Part shown: positions 51,646 through 61,434 of the stretch, one piece after another
Layout of the letters: each line of letters begins with the position of its first letter
Numbering within the stretch: the stretch's first letter is position 1
Assembly (NCBI GenBank): GCA_965201075.1
Contig: CBDAVP010000016.1
Span: forward strand, 248,001 to 312,000
Direction of reading: 5' to 3'
Length of the DNA stretch: 64,000 nt
DNA from: Isosphaeraceae bacterium
GTDB lineage: Bacteria; Planctomycetota; Planctomycetia; Isosphaerales; Isosphaeraceae
The notes under the pieces: generated by a model
Database searches by the model: none
The model's input: the letters and a program-made list of their open reading frames with translations, nothing else
Told to the model about the DNA's origin: nothing
Translations under genes and position numbers: made by a program

Positions 51646-52452
51646 ATGGCGTCGGCCGGAAGGGTCCGGATCGGGAATCAGACCGCGTACAAGGCCGCCC
51701 CTCCGGCCTTGCCGTTCGAGTACGCGCTATCGAGGGGGTTCGACGCCTTCGAGTGGTTCCCGGATCGACGGCCCGATGGCCAGGGCTGGGACGCCGCCGA
51801 TCTGGACGTGACCCATCGACGGCGGATTCGCGAGGCGTCTCGCGAGGGAGACGTCTCGCTCAGTGTTCACGCGAAGCTTCCCGCCGACCCGTTGGACCCT
51901 TCGTCGGAGTGTCACTTCGCCGAGGCCTTGCGTCTGGCCGAGGATCTGGGAGCGGGATTGGTGAACCTGCATCTCTCGGTGGTCGCGGGGCCGGACGAGT
52001 ATGCCGAAGCGTTGCGACTGTGGGTTAGTCGGGCGCGAGACTTGGGGATTCGGCTCGCCCTGGAAAACACTCCGGAAGTTGGGCCCGAGGTCGCCAGCGC
52101 CATCTTCGCCGCGATTGGGGAATCCCCCGAGGTCGTGGGGATGTGTCTGGACATTGGCCACGCCAACCTTTTCCACGAGACGCGCAACGATAACCTTGGC
52201 TATCTGGATCGGCTGGATCCGAAAGTCGCGATCGTCCACGTTCATGCCCATGAGAATTTTGGGGATCGGGATCGCCATCTGGTTCCGTTCACTGGCCCCT
52301 CGGCGACCGATCCGTCGGGATTGGTCGGACTCGTCGACCGGTTGAAGCGGAGGGGCTTTCCGGGCAACCTGATCATCGAGCAGTGGCCCGACCCTCCTTC
52401 CCTGCTGGATCGGGCGCGGGGTGGTTTGCGAGCGTTGTTCGAGGGGACTTGA
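51646..52452 (+). CDS. Sugar phosphate isomerase/epimerase (AP endonuclease 2 TIM barrel)
   Basis: GFDAFE, SVHA, LALEN, CLDIGHA, HVHAHENFGDRDRHL, IIE. Confidence 0.85.
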   Translation: MASAGRVRIGNQTAYKAAPPALPFEYALSRGFDAFEWFPDRRPDGQGWDAADLDVTHRRRIREASREGDVSLSVHAKLPADPLDPSSECHFAEALRLAEDLGAGLVNLHLSVVAGPDEYAEALRLWVSRARDLGIRLALENTPEVGPEVASAIFAAIGESPEVVGMCLDIGHANLFHETRNDNLGYLDRLDPKVAIVHVHAHENFGDRDRHLVPFTGPSATDPSGLVGLVDRLKRRGFPGNLIIEQWPDPPSLLDRARGGLRALFEGT

Positions 52453-52520
52453 TCCACCGATCCGAGTCGACTCAGGGCCGGTCCTCGCGGGCCGGCGCGT
52501 TTTCCAGAAAGGTTGCGGGC

Positions 52521-54548
52521 ATGGCCTCGGATGTTCGGTCGGTCGCGGCGAAACTCCGGACGATCGCGCCTTCTCGGGTGATCGTGGAAGGGGTTGTTCC
52601 CGAGGTGGATGGGGGTCGATTTCCGATCAAGCGGACGGTGGGCGAGGAGGTGGTGGTCTCCGCCGATATCTTCGCGGATGGCCATGATGCCCTGGCCGCG
52701 CGGCTGAAGTCGCGGTTCTTGGGCGAGTCGGACTGGACCGAGACGCCGATGACCTTTCTGGTCAATGACCGGTGGACGGGTCGATTCGTGGTCGACCGGC
52801 TGGGTCGCTATGAGTACACCGTCGAGGCCTGGGTCGACCGGTTCGATTCGTGGTTCAAGGAATTGCGGAAGAAGACCGACGCGGGGCAGGAGGTTTCCAG
52901 CGAGTTGCTCGAAGGGGCCGAACACATTCGCGAAGGGGCCGAGCGGGCGGGTGGGGCCGACGCGGCGATGCTTCGCGACCGGGCGCAACGGATCGCCCAA
53001 CCGGGGGACCAGGCAGCCCGGGTGGCCGCGGCGCTTGATCCAGAGTTGAAGGCGGTGATGGACCGCAACCCGGACCGGAGTCGGTCGTCGGTGTATGACC
53101 GGGTGCTCGGGGTGACGGTGGAGCGGGAGCGGTCGCGGTTCGGGTCGTGGTATGAGATGTTCCCCCGCTCGGCGTCGCCGGAGCCGGGTCGGCATGGGAC
53201 GTTCGCCGACACCGAGGCCCGGTTGCCGTATGTCGCGGGGATGGGGTTCGACGTGCTGTACCTGCCGCCGATCCACCCGATTGGGCTGGCCTTCCGCAAA
53301 GGGCCGAACAACACCTTGACGCCTGGACCCGACGACCCTGGCAGCCCCTGGGCCATCGGCGGGCCCGAGGGGGGGCACAAGGCGGTTCACCCGGAACTGG
53401 GGACCCTGGAGGACTTTGACCGGCTGGTGGCGACGGCCAAGGGGATGGGGATTGAGATCGCGCTTGATATCGCGTTCCAGTGTTCGCCGGACCATCCCTA
53501 CGTCAAGGAGCATCCGGGTTGGTTCCGGCATCGCCCCGACGGGACGATCAAGTATGCCGAGAATCCTCCCAAGAAGTATCAGGATATCTACCCGATCGAC
53601 TTCGAGTGCGACGATTGGGAGGGGCTTTGGGCCGAGTTGCGGGACGTCTTCCTGTTCTGGGTCGGACATGGGGTGACGATCTTCCGGGTCGATAACCCGC
53701 ACACCAAACCGTTCCGATTCTGGGACTGGGTGATTGGCGAGGTCCAGGGCCGGCACCCGGAGACGATCTTTCTGGCCGAGGCGTTCACCCGGCCGAGGAT
53801 CATGCACCGACTGGCCAAGGGGGGATATCCGCAGTCGTACAGTTATTTCACCTGGCGAAACCACAAGCATGGCTTGACCGAATACTTCACCGAGTTGACG
53901 AAGACGCTGACCGTCGAATACATGCGCCCCAACCTGTTCGCCAACACGCCGGACATTCTCCACGAGTTTCTTCAGGTCGGGGGGCGGCCGGCGTTCATGA
54001 ACCGGTTGGTGCTGGCGGCCACCCTGGGGGCGACTTACGGGATCTACGGGCCCCCCTTCGAGCAGTGCGTGGGAACGCCGTGGAAGCTGGGGTCGGAGGA
54101 ATATCTGGACTCCGAGAAGTACCAGGTCCGCCACTGGGACATCGACCGGCCAGATAGTTTGCGCGACTTCATCACGCGGGTGAATGCGATCCGCAGGGAG
54201 AACCTGGCGCTGCAGTACGACCGCAATTTGCGGTTCTTCGATATCGACAATGACCAGTTGATCGCCTATGGCAAGTCCACGGACGATCTCTCCAACAGCA
54301 TTGTCGTGGTGGTCAACCTCGACCCTCATCACACGCAGTCGGGTTGGGTCCATCTGCCGCTGGAGGAGCTGGGGCTCAGCACCGAGCCGGGGGGCTCTTA
54401 TCAGGTGCATGACCTGCTGGGAGACGCTCGCTACCTGTGGCATGGGGCGGCGAATTTCGTCCAGATCGACCCGCACGCTTGCCCGGCGCATATTTTCCGC
54501 GTGAGGCGGAAGACCAAAACCGAACGCGACTTCGATTATTACGTCTGA
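52521..54548 (+). CDS. glgE: Alpha-1,4-glucan:maltose-1-phosphate maltosyltransferase
   Basis: WYEMFPRS, YLPPIHPIG..RKGPNN, QCSPDHP, AENPPKKYQDIYP, FRVDNPHTKP, LAEAFT, NTPDIL. Confidence 0.96.
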   Translation: MASDVRSVAAKLRTIAPSRVIVEGVVPEVDGGRFPIKRTVGEEVVVSADIFADGHDALAARLKSRFLGESDWTETPMTFLVNDRWTGRFVVDRLGRYEYTVEAWVDRFDSWFKELRKKTDAGQEVSSELLEGAEHIREGAERAGGADAAMLRDRAQRIAQPGDQAARVAAALDPELKAVMDRNPDRSRSSVYDRVLGVTVERERSRFGSWYEMFPRSASPEPGRHGTFADTEARLPYVAGMGFDVLYLPPIHPIGLAFRKGPNNTLTPGPDDPGSPWAIGGPEGGHKAVHPELGTLEDFDRLVATAKGMGIEIALDIAFQCSPDHPYVKEHPGWFRHRPDGTIKYAENPPKKYQDIYPIDFECDDWEGLWAELRDVFLFWVGHGVTIFRVDNPHTKPFRFWDWVIGEVQGRHPETIFLAEAFTRPRIMHRLAKGGYPQSYSYFTWRNHKHGLTEYFTELTKTLTVEYMRPNLFANTPDILHEFLQVGGRPAFMNRLVLAATLGATYGIYGPPFEQCVGTPWKLGSEEYLDSEKYQVRHWDIDRPDSLRDFITRVNAIRRENLALQYDRNLRFFDIDNDQLIAYGKSTDDLSNSIVVVVNLDPHHTQSGWVHLPLEELGLSTEPGGSYQVHDLLGDARYLWHGAANFVQIDPHACPAHIFRVRRKTKTERDFDYYV

Positions 54549-54587
54549 GCCCAAGGGACCGGGCCCACTGTTGGGGATTTCGACACG

Positions 54588-57500
54588 ATGGCGGTTTCCA
54601 AAGACGCAGCGCGGGACGACTTGTGGACTGGGTCGGTGGCTGGGGGGTTGTCGGAGGCGCTTCCCGAGTTCCTGGGACGTCAGCGATGGTTCGCGGCCAA
54701 GGCCAGGAAGGTGGAGTCGGCCCGGTTGGTCGACGCGACCGGGCTGGGCGACCTGCCGGGCGGGACGCGGCTGGCGCTCGTCGAGGTGGTCTCGGGCGGC
54801 GGCGGGACTGATTTGTACTTCCTTCCCCTCGGTCTGGCCAGCGGGGAAGACGCCGACCGTTTGGAACGCGAGGCCCCGGCCCGGATCGTCGCGCGGTTTG
54901 ATGGGGGTTTGGTGTATGACGCCCTGGGAGAGCCCGAGGCATGTTCGGCGCTGCTGGACCTGATCGGGGCGGGGCGGGTGCTCGCCACCAGGAAGGGACG
55001 GATTCGGGGGACGCCGACATCGTTCTTTTCCAGGGCGAGGGGTCCGCTCGACCGGCCCTTGCCGATTGTTCGCGGGGCGCTGGAACAGAGCAATTCGGCG
55101 GTCCTATATGGTGACCGCCTGCTTTTGAAGGTGTTCCGAAGACTGGAGCCCGGCATCAACCCCGACCTGGAGATTGGGCGGTTCCTGGTGGAGCGGACCC
55201 GGTTCGATCGCGTGCCTCAACTGGCGGGATCGCTGTCGTATGAGCCGGAGGGCGGCGAGCCGATGACCGTGGGGTTGCTTCAGCAGCTTGTCCGCAACGA
55301 GGGGACGGGGTGGGATCACGCCCTTCTGGAGCTGAAAGGATATTACGAGGAGATTGGTCGCCGCGAGGACTCGACGGTCCCCGAGACGACCGCGGGCCGT
55401 TCTCCCCTGGAACGGATGGCCGAACAACCTCCCGCGCCCGTTTCAAAGGCGATTGGGTCGTATTTGAAGGCGGCGGCGACCCTGGGACGGCGCACGGCTG
55501 AGTTGCATAACGCCCTGGCCGGCGTCGAGGACGACCCCGCGTTCGTCCCCGAGCTGTTGGGGGCGGCGGATCTGAGCGCCCTGGCCGGGGACGTTCGCCG
55601 CCAGGTGGAGACGACCCTGGAAGCGCTGCGGGTCAACCTGGATCGGCTGCCCGAGACAATCCGGGGGGACGCCTTGCGGGTTCTGGACGAGGCGCCCCGG
55701 CTGCTGGCCAGGTTGGATCGCTTGCCGGCCCTGGACACTGGTTCGACGCGGATTCGGGTCCACGGGGATTATCACCTGGGCCAGGTTTTGCGGACGGATG
55801 AGGATTTCGTCCTGTTGGACTTCGAGGGGGAACCGGCCAAGCCGTTGGTGAAGCGGTTGGAGAAGCAGTCGCCGTTGAAGGACGTGGTGGGAATGTTGCG
55901 GTCGTTTGACTATGCCGCGTTCGCCGCGCTGTTCGCCGCCACGAAGGACCGGCCTGACGACCTGTTGGCCCTGGCTCCCTGGGCGCGTTCCTGGCAGATG
56001 TGGGTCACCGCGGCGTTTCTCAAGGAATATCTGGCGACCGCCGGAAACGCTTCGTTCCTGCCGGCCGACCGGGAGGATTTCGCTCGGCTTCTCGATGCCT
56101 TCACTCTCGACAAGGCCCTTTACGAGTTGCTTTATGAACTCAACAACAGGCCGGACTGGGTGCGCATTCCCCTCCAGGGCGTTTTGACCTTGCTGGATTC
56201 GTCGACCCCCGCGGCGGCCGAGGAATCGACGTGGTCGTCCACGTCCGAGGAGGGGTCGGGGACGGTGGTCGTGTCCTCGTCGCTAACCGATTTCGACCTG
56301 CACCTGCTGGGCGAGGGGACTCACTACCGCTCTTATGAAAAGTTGGGCGCCCATCCCGGTTGGCAGGATGGAGCGTCGGGGACGGCGTTCGCCGTGTGGG
56401 CGCCTCAGGCTCGGGCGGTTTCGGTGGTCGGCGCGTTCAACGGCCATGACCCGGATGCCCACCCGCTGCGACCTCGGGGACGGGCAGGGATCTGGGAGGG
56501 ATTCGTCGCCGGGGTGGGACCAGGCGAGTCCTATCGTTATGCGGTGGTCGGGCCCGATGGTTGTCGGGTAGACAAGGCGGACCCTTATGCGTTTGCCGCC
56601 GAGCTTCGACCTGGAACCGCTTCGATCGTCGCGGATCTGGAAGTGTTTCGCTGGGACGATGCCGAGTGGCTCTCGGTGCGCAAGGGGGTCAATTCGCTCG
56701 GGGCGCCGATCAGCATCTATGAGGTCCACCTTGGCTCCTGGATGCGGGTGCCCGAGGATGAGGGGCGGTGGCTGTCGTATCGGGAGGTCGCCCCTCGGTT
56801 GGCCGAGTACGCTCAGAAGATGGGGTTTACCCATGTCGAACTGATGCCAGTGTCCGAGCATCCGTTCGATGGTTCTTGGGGCTATCAACCGACGGCCTAT
56901 TACGCCCCCACGGCGCGGTTTGGCACGCCCGAGGACTTCGCCTCCTTGGTCGACACGCTGCATCGCAAGGGGGTCGGCGTGATCCTGGATTGGGTTCCGG
57001 CCCATTTCCCCGACGACCCTCATGGGCTGGCGAAGTTCGATGGGACTTACCTGTACGAGCCCGAGGACCCTCGCAAGCGGGTGCATCCTGACTGGAACAC
57101 GCACACGTTCGACTATGGGCGGCCCGAGGTTGCCAACTTCCTTATCAGCAATGCACTCTTCTGGCTGGACAAGTATCACGTCGACGGGCTGCGGGTCGAC
57201 GCGGTGGCCTCGATGCTGTACCTCGACTACTCCCGGTCGGAGGGAGGCTGGACGGCGAATGAGTACGGAGGGCGGGAGGATCTGGCCGCGATCCAGTTCC
57301 TGCGACGGTTCAACGAGCGGGTTCATGCCGAGTTCCCCGGGGTGCTGACGATCGCCGAGGAGTCCACCGCCTGGCCAATGGTTTCGCGGCCGACCAACAT
57401 CGGCGGGCTCGGGTTCGACCTGAAGTGGGACCTGGGCTGGATGCACGATGCGCTGGATTACCTGGCGCTGGACCCGATTCATCGCAAGCATCATCATTCG

Positions 57501-58184
57501 CGGCTCAACTTCCGTCATATCTATGCGTTCAATGAGAACTTCGTCCTGCCGCTGTCTCATGACGAGGTCGTCCACGGCAAGAAGACGTTGCTCGCCAAGA
57601 TGCCGGGGGACCGCTGGCAACAGTTCGCCAACGTGCGGTTGCTGCTGGGCTCGATGTTCGCCCAGCCGGGGAAGAAGCTGCTGTTCATGGGGGATGAGAT
57701 TGGGCAGTGGGTGGAGTGGAACCACGACGGGAGCCTTGATTGGGACGTGCTGCAAGACCCGATGCACGAGGGGCTTCGCCGCTGGGTACGCGACCTGAAC
57801 ACGCTCTATCGAGGCGAACCCGCCCTGCATGAGCTGGATTGCCACCCGACGGGGTTCTCCTGGGTTGACTGCCTGGATGCCGACCAGAGCGTCCTGAGCT
57901 GGCTACGCAAGGGGAAGTCGGTCGAGAGCCTGATTTTGATCGCCTGTAACCACACCCCGGTTCCGAGGCACAACTACCGGCTGGGGGTTCCTGGCTCGGG
58001 GCACTGGGAGGAGATTCTCAACGGCGATGCTCCGCTGTATGGCGGCAGCGGTCAGGGGAACATTGGCGGCGTCTTGACCGCTCCCGTCGCCCAGCATGGG
58101 CATCCCCAGTCGCTGAACCTGACGATCCCCCCGCTGGCGACGTTGATCCTCCGCTGGCGTTCTCAAGCGGTCTCTCGGACGTGA
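54588..58184 (+). CDS. glgB: Maltokinase (Mak/Pep2) - 1,4-alpha-glucan branching enzyme fusion
   Basis: N-half: QRWF, EQSNS, RVHGDYHLGQV, DFEGEP, DVVGMLRSFDY, YELNNRPDW. C-half: YEVHLGSW, SWGYQ, DWVPAHF, DGLRVDAVASM, IAEES, LSHDEVVHGK. Confidence 0.93.
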   Translation: MAVSKDAARDDLWTGSVAGGLSEALPEFLGRQRWFAAKARKVESARLVDATGLGDLPGGTRLALVEVVSGGGGTDLYFLPLGLASGEDADRLEREAPARIVARFDGGLVYDALGEPEACSALLDLIGAGRVLATRKGRIRGTPTSFFSRARGPLDRPLPIVRGALEQSNSAVLYGDRLLLKVFRRLEPGINPDLEIGRFLVERTRFDRVPQLAGSLSYEPEGGEPMTVGLLQQLVRNEGTGWDHALLELKGYYEEIGRREDSTVPETTAGRSPLERMAEQPPAPVSKAIGSYLKAAATLGRRTAELHNALAGVEDDPAFVPELLGAADLSALAGDVRRQVETTLEALRVNLDRLPETIRGDALRVLDEAPRLLARLDRLPALDTGSTRIRVHGDYHLGQVLRTDEDFVLLDFEGEPAKPLVKRLEKQSPLKDVVGMLRSFDYAAFAALFAATKDRPDDLLALAPWARSWQMWVTAAFLKEYLATAGNASFLPADREDFARLLDAFTLDKALYELLYELNNRPDWVRIPLQGVLTLLDSSTPAAAEESTWSSTSEEGSGTVVVSSSLTDFDLHLLGEGTHYRSYEKLGAHPGWQDGASGTAFAVWAPQARAVSVVGAFNGHDPDAHPLRPRGRAGIWEGFVAGVGPGESYRYAVVGPDGCRVDKADPYAFAAELRPGTASIVADLEVFRWDDAEWLSVRKGVNSLGAPISIYEVHLGSWMRVPEDEGRWLSYREVAPRLAEYAQKMGFTHVELMPVSEHPFDGSWGYQPTAYYAPTARFGTPEDFASLVDTLHRKGVGVILDWVPAHFPDDPHGLAKFDGTYLYEPEDPRKRVHPDWNTHTFDYGRPEVANFLISNALFWLDKYHVDGLRVDAVASMLYLDYSRSEGGWTANEYGGREDLAAIQFLRRFNERVHAEFPGVLTIAEESTAWPMVSRPTNIGGLGFDLKWDLGWMHDALDYLALDPIHRKHHHSRLNFRHIYAFNENFVLPLSHDEVVHGKKTLLAKMPGDRWQQFANVRLLLGSMFAQPGKKLLFMGDEIGQWVEWNHDGSLDWDVLQDPMHEGLRRWVRDLNTLYRGEPALHELDCHPTGFSWVDCLDADQSVLSWLRKGKSVESLILIACNHTPVPRHNYRLGVPGSGHWEEILNGDAPLYGGSGQGNIGGVLTAPVAQHGHPQSLNLTIPPLATLILRWRSQAVSRT

Positions 58185-60100
58185 GCGGTTTGCCGTGGAC
58201 GCCGACCTTGGGGGCCATTCCCACGGCCTTGGGTACTCGGTTCCGGGTCTGGGCGCCGGGGGTCGCGGCAGTCCATGTCGTGGGCGAAGGGTCGGGCCCG
58301 TCGCTCGCACTGGAGCGGGACGCCGACGGATACTTTTCGGGAGTTTCGGCTGGATTCGGGGTCGGTGATCGCTATCGCTACGCAGTGGAGGGCCGAGGCC
58401 CCTTCCCCGATCCGGCGTCTCGCTTCCAGCCCGAGGGGGTTCATGGATGTTCCGAGGTCGTCGATCCGTCCCGGTTTGCCTGGACCGACGGTGATTGGAA
58501 GGGGGTGGAACCGGCGCACCTGGTGATTTACGAGTTGCACGTCGGCACGTTTACCGCTGAGGGAACCTTCGCCGCCGCGAGGTCCCGATTGGCTGACCTC
58601 GCCAAGTTGGGGGTGACGGCGGTGGAACTGATGCCGGTGGCCGACTTCCCGGGGGCTCGGGGCTGGGGATACGACGGGGTGAGTCTGTTCGCCCCGGCTC
58701 GCTGTTATGGCGGTCCCGAGGACCTGCGGCGTCTGGTGGACGAGGCCCACCGCCTGGGATTGGCGGTCTTGCTGGATGTCGTCTACAACCACCTTGGCCC
58801 AGATGGCAATTACCTGGCTCAGTACAGCGAGGATTACTTCTCGAAGGTCCATCGGAGTGGTTGGGGACCGGCGATTCACCTGGATGGGCCGGGGAGCCGT
58901 CCGGTTCGTGACTTTCTGGTCGAGAACTCCTTGATGTGGTTGCACGAGTTCCATCTCGACGGGCTGAGGCTCGACGCGACGCATCATCTGTTCGATGAGA
59001 GCCCTCGGCACCTCCTGGCGGAACTGGCCGCGGCGGTCCGCGAGTCGGTTTCGGGGCGTCGCGTCCACCTGATCGCCGAGGACCCACGCAACCTGGCCGA
59101 CCTCCTCCGAGACGAGGCCGTGGGGGGGATGGGTCTGGATGCCATCTGGTCGGACGACTTTCATCACGAGTTTCGCCGTTACCTGGTGGGTGACGACGAG
59201 GGGGTCTTTCGCGACTTTCGCGGCTCGCTGGCCGACCTTTGCCTCACCATCAACGACGGCTGGCTGTTTCGGGGGGCGTATTCGATTCACCGAGGGTATC
59301 ACCGGGGGACCGATCCGTCGGGGATTCGCCCTCGGCAGGTGGTCTTCACGCTGCAAAATCACGACCGGATCGGCAATCGGGCGTTCGGCGAGCGATTGAA
59401 TCATCAGGTCGATCCGGCGACGTACCGGGTCGCGACGGCGCTCCTTCTGACCTTGCCAGCCACCCCCCTGCTCTTCCAGGGGCAGGAATGGTCGGCGACG
59501 GCCCCGTTCCTGTTCTTCACCGACCATGAAGTGGCGCTTGGGGAGGCGATCAAAGAGGGGCGCCGCCGCGAGTTCGGTCAGTACGCCGCGTTCGCCGACC
59601 CCGCTCGCCATGCCGAGATCCCCGACATCCAGGCGGAATCCACCTTCCTGGCCTGCAAGCTGAACTGGCGGGAACGCGACGAAGCCTTCCATGCGGCGGT
59701 GCTCCGGTTGTACCGGGCGTGGCTGGGGCTGCGGCGGTCGGAGCCAGCGTTGCGGGTGGACCAGCCGGGGAGGCATCGGGCGATCGCTCTGGGAGCCGAT
59801 GCGGTGGCTCTGCGCCGGGAGGCCGAGGGAGCGCCGACCCTCCTCCTTCTGGCCTTGTTCAAAGGCGAGGGACGGCTGGAACTGGGCGACCTTTTAGTGG
59901 AAGGGGGGCCTTGGGAGGTTCTGCGGACGACCGAGGATGTCGAGTTTGCCGAGGACCCCGCGCCACCGAGGGTCGCGGCGGACGCGGCGTTCGTCGAGTT
60001 CGCCCGACCCTCGGCCGTCTTGCTCCGCGCGGTCGGGTCTGGCAGGATCGCGGCTGTTCCAGGCGACCAGCTCGAGACCCCTCGCCCCGGGATGCGATGA
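58181..60100 (+). CDS. treZ: Malto-oligosyltrehalose trehalohydrolase
   Basis: DPASRFQPEGVHG, YELHVGTF, WGYDGV, DVVYNH, DGLRLDATH, QNHDRIGNRAFGER. Confidence 0.93.
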   Translation: MSGLPWTPTLGAIPTALGTRFRVWAPGVAAVHVVGEGSGPSLALERDADGYFSGVSAGFGVGDRYRYAVEGRGPFPDPASRFQPEGVHGCSEVVDPSRFAWTDGDWKGVEPAHLVIYELHVGTFTAEGTFAAARSRLADLAKLGVTAVELMPVADFPGARGWGYDGVSLFAPARCYGGPEDLRRLVDEAHRLGLAVLLDVVYNHLGPDGNYLAQYSEDYFSKVHRSGWGPAIHLDGPGSRPVRDFLVENSLMWLHEFHLDGLRLDATHHLFDESPRHLLAELAAAVRESVSGRRVHLIAEDPRNLADLLRDEAVGGMGLDAIWSDDFHHEFRRYLVGDDEGVFRDFRGSLADLCLTINDGWLFRGAYSIHRGYHRGTDPSGIRPRQVVFTLQNHDRIGNRAFGERLNHQVDPATYRVATALLLTLPATPLLFQGQEWSATAPFLFFTDHEVALGEAIKEGRRREFGQYAAFADPARHAEIPDIQAESTFLACKLNWRERDEAFHAAVLRLYRAWLGLRRSEPALRVDQPGRHRAIALGADAVALRREAEGAPTLLLLALFKGEGRLELGDLLVEGGPWEVLRTTEDVEFAEDPAPPRVAADAAFVEFARPSAVLLRAVGSGRIAAVPGDQLETPRPGMR

Positions 60101-60146
60101 TCCATCCCGCCGTGGGCCGTTTCGGGACGCGGGAGGCCCCTCGTCG

Positions 60147-61367
60147 ATGCGCATCGCGATTCTGACCAATGAGTTTCCGCCGAACATTTACGGAGGGGCG
60201 GGGGTTCACGTCGAGTATTTGACGAGGGAGTTGCCGCGGGTCGAGGGGGGGCGGAACAAGGTTGAGGTCCTTTGCTTCGGAGACCAAAACGAGCATGACG
60301 GGGCGTTGACCGTCCGGGGCGTCCACCCAAACTACACGCTGCCGTCCCGAGACCCCCGCCACAAGAAGTTCATGGACACGATGCTCCGCAACCTGGAGAT
60401 GGCCGGGATGCTGGAGGATGTGGATGTGGTTCACTGCCACACCTGGTACACCCACCTGGTTGGCTGTTTGGTCAAGCAACTGACCGGCGCGAAACTCGTG
60501 CTGACGACTCACTCGCTGGAGCCGCACCGGCCCTGGAAGGTCGAGCAGCTCGGCAGCGCTTACCAGGCCAGTTCCTGGGTCGAGCGGACGGCTTACGAGA
60601 ATGCCGACGGGGTGATCGCCGTCTCGCAGTCGATGAGAAAGGACGTCCACGACCTGTACGGCGTGCCCGACTCCAAGATTCGCGTGATCCACAACGGGAT
60701 CGACCTGGACCAGTACAAGCCGACGGTCGACCGCGGCGTGCTGACTCGTTACGGGATCGACCCCGAGCTGCCATTCGTCCTGTTCGTTGGGCGGATCACC
60801 CGTCAGAAGGGGATAATCCATCTCGTCGAGGCGATTCAGAAAATTCGCTCCGGGGTGCAGGTGGTTTTGTGCGCGGGGGCGCCCGATACCCCGGAGATCG
60901 GCCAGGAAATGGAGGATCGGGTCGAGAAGGCCCGAGGTGAAACGAAGAATCCGATCATCTGGATCCCCGAAATCGTTCCCAAGCCTGAAATCATTGCGTT
61001 GTATTCGCAGGCCTCTTTGTTCATCTGCCCGTCGGTGTACGAGCCGTTCGGAATCATCAACCTGGAGGCGATGGCCTGCGGAACACCGGTGGTCGCCTCG
61101 GCGGTGGGCGGGATCAAGGAAGTGGTCGTGCCGGGTCGCACCGGGCTCCTCGTCCCGTTCGAGCCGGCCGGGGAACTCAATTTCGAGCCGAAAGACCCGG
61201 CGCGGTTCGCCCAGGACCTTGCCTCGGCGGTGAATCAACTGCTGGACGACCCCGTTCGGTTGCAAGAGATGGGCGTGAGGGCTCGGGAACGGGTCGAGCA
61301 TTTTTTTAGTTGGACCAGCATCGCCCGCTGGACGACCGACTTTTACTGGGAACTGGCCCAGGCGTGA
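60147..61367 (+). CDS. glgA: GT4 glycogen synthase / alpha-maltose-1-phosphate synthase (GlgM type)
   Basis: EFPPNIYGGAGVHV, HCHTWY, HSLEPHRPWKVEQLG, VGRITRQKG, CAGAPDT, YEPFGIINLEAMAC. Confidence 0.9.
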   Translation: MRIAILTNEFPPNIYGGAGVHVEYLTRELPRVEGGRNKVEVLCFGDQNEHDGALTVRGVHPNYTLPSRDPRHKKFMDTMLRNLEMAGMLEDVDVVHCHTWYTHLVGCLVKQLTGAKLVLTTHSLEPHRPWKVEQLGSAYQASSWVERTAYENADGVIAVSQSMRKDVHDLYGVPDSKIRVIHNGIDLDQYKPTVDRGVLTRYGIDPELPFVLFVGRITRQKGIIHLVEAIQKIRSGVQVVLCAGAPDTPEIGQEMEDRVEKARGETKNPIIWIPEIVPKPEIIALYSQASLFICPSVYEPFGIINLEAMACGTPVVASAVGGIKEVVVPGRTGLLVPFEPAGELNFEPKDPARFAQDLASAVNQLLDDPVRLQEMGVRARERVEHFFSWTSIARWTTDFYWELAQA

Positions 61368-61434
61368 AGGACAGTGGGTTCGCGAAATCGCGTATTGATG
61401 CTTTGACTTTCATTTCCCCTCGTGAGCCTCCCCC

